Assembly (NCBI GenBank): GCA_965225855.1
Contig: CBDDCK010000005.1
Coordinates: 672,001-736,000, forward strand
Source: Spirochaetia bacterium
GTDB taxonomy: Bacteria; Spirochaetota; Spirochaetia; SP-2023
Reading direction: 5' to 3'
DNA length: 64,000 bases
A program made the position numbers and the translations under genes. Positions 60,826 to 64,000 of the stretch are shown one piece after another; the stretch's first letter is position 1; every line of letters starts with the position of its first letter. Below the pieces are notes generated by a model, which was not told the origin of the DNA, made no database searches, and saw only the letters and a list, made by a program, of their open reading frames with translations.

Positions 60826-60987
60826 TTTTATTTACATATTTCCTTGCATAAGGATTCATAATTGTACTCTACTGTATTATATGTCTTGTTCAAATTGTGG
60901 CAAGTTGTAATAAAGTAAGTCTTGCAGTTTATTTTCAGGTTACTTGAAAAAATGGAACAAATACAGGGGGACAAAATTACTCTAAAT

Positions 60988-61506
60988 TTATATTTCAAAT
61001 TCAAAAGTTTTTTCTTTTTCCAATAATAGCCGTTTGAGAACCAGCCCACCGCCATAGCCACCCAAACTGCCGTTTGCAGCGATGACTCTGTGGCAGGGGA
61101 TAATCAGGCTGATGGGATTTTTACTATTGGCCATACCAACAGCCCGGCAAGCTTTACGTTGGCCTATGGCTTGGGCTACATCTCGATAGGAACAAGTTTG
61201 GCCATAAGGAATCTGGCGCAGATAATCCCAAACGCGAAGCTGAAATTCACTACCTTTTAGCTCCAATGGCAAATCAAAAAATTTGCGCTGGCCATTCCAG
61301 TATTCTCTTATTTGCTGCTCTGTTTGATCCAGTATGGTTTGATAATCCCCAAAATTCATAGCTGCGGTAAATGTTTGGCCTGGGGTATGGTTTGGGAATC
61401 GTGTTTCCCTGTGCCAAGATATAGCATATAGCTTATCCTCTAATGTTGTTATGTAACAGGATACCCCGGGTTCCAATTGCAATTGTCGTTGTATAAAAAA
61501 TGCCAT
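60988..61506 (-). CDS. ogt: Methylated-DNA--protein-cysteine methyltransferase
   Basis: GSEFQ..VW, IPYG, RAVG, IPCHRVI. Confidence 0.94.
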   Translation of the reverse strand: MAFFIQRQLQLEPGVSCYITTLEDKLYAISWHRETRFPNHTPGQTFTAAMNFGDYQTILDQTEQQIREYWNGQRKFFDLPLELKGSEFQLRVWDYLRQIPYGQTCSYRDVAQAIGQRKACRAVGMANSKNPISLIIPCHRVIAANGSLGGYGGGLVLKRLLLEKEKTFEFEI

Positions 61507-61533
61507 AGAAAAGTTATAGAAAAGTTTAGGAAT

Positions 61534-63081
61534 TTAAAATTGGTAGTAGATAAAAGGAGCAACACCTTCGGGTAAAACAATTTGGATTAAAGCTACCCCA
61601 ATGGCAAAAATCAAAATTTGGGCGATGAGTGGTAGCGAGTCAAATAATTTCGTAAGCCATGTTGTGCTTCGGGAGCATACAATTTGGGGAAGGATACCTA
61701 TTGCTATTGTGAGCAAAACAATATTGGTTATACTACCAGCGTGTGAAAAATTCATACTAAACAATTTTTTAAAGTAGTTACCGGCTACAGAAAAATTGGG
61801 CGCACGGAATAAAATCCAAGTTAGTGTGATAAAATGGAAACTATAGAGCCAACCCAATAAACTGTGCAACTTAGCTTTGAACTTAGTTTGGAAGCCGTTG
61901 CGAACCGCTAGTTTTTTTTTGAAATAATGCTCTATGCTGATGGCAATTCCATGTAGTGCGCCCCATACTAAAAATGTCCAAGAAGCCCCGTGCCATAGGC
62001 CGCCTAGTAGCATCGTTACAATAATATTGATATAGTGGCTGCCTTTGCGATTGCCACCCAGCGGAATATACAAATAATCGCGCAGCCAAGTAGAGAGGGA
62101 AATATGCCAACCGCGCCAAAAGTTTTGTAGGGAATTGGCGGCATAAGGGCGGTGAAAATTTTCCATCAGTCGTATGCCACAGAGTAAACCTAAACCAATA
62201 GCGAGGTCGCTGTAGCCACTAAAATCGCAATAAATGATAGCACTATAAGCATAAGCAGCCAATAGTAACTCCAAACTAGAATAGCTAGAAGGTGCTAGAA
62301 ATATAGAGTCTGCAAAACTTGTACTCAAGATATTTGCGATAAAAGCTTTTTTGACCAGACCAACCAAAATACGGGCTAGAGCATCACTCAAATAAATATT
62401 TTGTAAATTGGGCAAGCGTTGGAATTGTGGTAAAATGCGGTGGGCTCGAATAATGGGACCAGCAATTAATTGCGGGAAAAAAGCAATATAAAGACTGTAG
62501 TCCATATACGAACTAATTTGTTGTATCTTTTTACGATAGGCATCAATTTGGAAGCTAATATTTTGAAAGGTAAAAAATGAAATTCCCAATGGTAGGATAA
62601 TTGTAACGTGGTTTAACAATAGCGGTAGACCAAAAGCATTGAGTAGAATATTGGTATTTATCAACAGCCAATTGATGTATTTAAAGAAAGTTAGGGCAGC
62701 CAAATTTAGCCCGATTATTACGATTAGAATAAATGTAGCTAAATTTTGTAATTTTTGTATTTGCTGATTTTGGTTATTCAGTTCTTGAATTTGTTGAGAA
62801 TGTTTCAAGCTGGGCAGCTCTTTTTGCCTGATTTTTTGGATATGGTAAATTTTCATTAACACCCAGGCAAACAAATAATTGACTACAGTTGAACCGATGA
62901 GTACAGGTAAAAAACGCCAGTCCCAAATACCATAAAAAATATAGCTGGCAAGTAGTAGGATAAACTTGCGCAAGTGGTTGGCGAGCTTGGGCCCTAAAAA
63001 AATACGGCTGCTAACAGATAGCCAATAAAGTAGTAAAGTAGCAACAAAAAAAATTGCAAACGATATAGTCGGGAATAACAT
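61534..63081 (-). CDS. MBOAT O-acyltransferase (AlgI/DltB-like)
   Basis: LPLGISFFTFQ, FFPQLIAGPI, DFSGYSD, FWRGWHISLS, GLWHGA. Confidence 0.93.
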   Translation of the reverse strand: MLFPTISFAIFFVATLLLYWLSVSSRIFLGPKLANHLRKFILLLASYIFYGIWDWRFLPVLIGSTVVNYLFAWVLMKIYHIQKIRQKELPSLKHSQQIQELNNQNQQIQKLQNLATFILIVIIGLNLAALTFFKYINWLLINTNILLNAFGLPLLLNHVTIILPLGISFFTFQNISFQIDAYRKKIQQISSYMDYSLYIAFFPQLIAGPIIRAHRILPQFQRLPNLQNIYLSDALARILVGLVKKAFIANILSTSFADSIFLAPSSYSSLELLLAAYAYSAIIYCDFSGYSDLAIGLGLLCGIRLMENFHRPYAANSLQNFWRGWHISLSTWLRDYLYIPLGGNRKGSHYINIIVTMLLGGLWHGASWTFLVWGALHGIAISIEHYFKKKLAVRNGFQTKFKAKLHSLLGWLYSFHFITLTWILFRAPNFSVAGNYFKKLFSMNFSHAGSITNIVLLTIAIGILPQIVCSRSTTWLTKLFDSLPLIAQILIFAIGVALIQIVLPEGVAPFIYYQF

Positions 63082-63159
63082 TTAAAAACCAATTAATGCA
63101 ATTTCTTTATCAAGTGATAGCATATGCATGTCTTGCAAGCCTCGATAATAATTTTTCAG

Positions 63160-63589
63160 TGGCAATTGGAATATGGCTAGATAAATGGTCAATAATATAC
63201 TACAACTAGTTCTGAATGGGCGTAGAGCTTTTCCAAAAATCTGGATAGTATAAATCGCAACTATCGAGGAAAGTAATGTATTTGCCTTTGGCATTTTGTA
63301 TTGCAATATTGGCTGGGATTTCAACTGCTTCTTCTTTGCTATTTTGTTTCTTTTTGAATGGAATGACGCTAATACGCTCATCCGATTGAGCAAAGGATTG
63401 GACAATTCTCAATGATGAATCGGTAGAACCATTATCGACTAAAATTAGTTCCCAATTGTCAAAACTTTGTTGTTGGACTGATTGCAGGTTACCTTCCAAG
63501 TACTTTTCTGTATTGTCGATTGGTACAATTACCGAAATTGCCACGGGCTTTACGGACTCTATGGGGGCGTATTTGTTGCTCATTATCAC
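63160..63589 (-). pseudogene. Truncated/frameshifted GT2 glycosyltransferase
   Basis: ISVIVP, ELILVDNGSTD, AKGKYITFLDS. One extra T in a T5 run near 63235 would restore PDFLEKLY, but a stop follows soon. Confidence 0.7.
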
Positions 63590-64000
63590 GTTATAATACA
63601 GAAAAATCTAACTCTGTAAATAATAGCAACTATTTTCTATATTATAAGCAAAATTGAATATCTTGATTAAGTAGTATTGCCATGCGGCAAGTTTAATGTT
63701 GGGCTTTTCAGATGATGATTGAATAGCTGCATCAAGAATATGGGCTCATGCATCTCTACCATTTTATCTATAGCACAACAAGATTTGTATAAGGTGTTGT
63801 AATATCCAATTTGTTTGGCTTATCATTTACCATAGCAACTATCAATTTTTTATATTCACTTTACCATCCCAATAACAAGCCATATCTTGCTTTAGGTATT
63901 TAGCCAATCTTCCGACTAATGCTACGCAGCAAAAATAAAGTTTAGGATACTGTTAAAGTATTCTTTAACCGCAGATTTTTGATAGTTTTGGTCGGTTTGT

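Noticed and set aside
63225..63245. Phase variation of the GT2 gene at a T5 run
   Set aside because: The run is short and the restored frame stops about ten codons later; decay is more likely

Overview
Chromosomal window from a spirochaete, inferred from the rpoD-zinc ribbon-rnpB-TPR-mreBCD-pbp2-rodA order, an Hbb-like HU and a spirochaete/mitochondrial-type EF-G. Positions 1-9.7 kb hold a complete type II-C CRISPR-Cas9 locus: an array of at least 60 repeats with 30-nt spacers (cut by the window edge), cas2, cas1, cas9 and a tracrRNA. Between the array and cas2 lie a second, diverged and broken repeat-flank-cas2 copy, an orphan degenerate repeat and a promoter-bearing tandem/palindromic insert. 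The most striking signal is in the spacers. Read on the reverse strand, several translate into motifs of Microviridae (ssDNA phage) capsid, Rep and VP5-like proteins, all in one orientation. Two such protospacers were captured twice as synonymous variants. This points to an arms race between a spirochaete and small ssDNA phages. The rest is mostly housekeeping and metabolism: osmoprotectant ABC, lepA, aroDE, RhlB-like helicase, ychF, bcp, an eda-kdgK-yiaK-TRAP operon, glgC, fusA, rpsT, rpoD, RNase P RNA, the mre cluster, era, nudC, dapA, rnz, aroF, ogt and an MBOAT. An accessory patch at 47-53 kb holds a repeat-rich surface lipoprotein, a Bdr-like coiled-coil gene flanked by palindromic direct repeats and a pentapeptide-repeat pseudogene. 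All family calls come from motif recognition; no database search was run.
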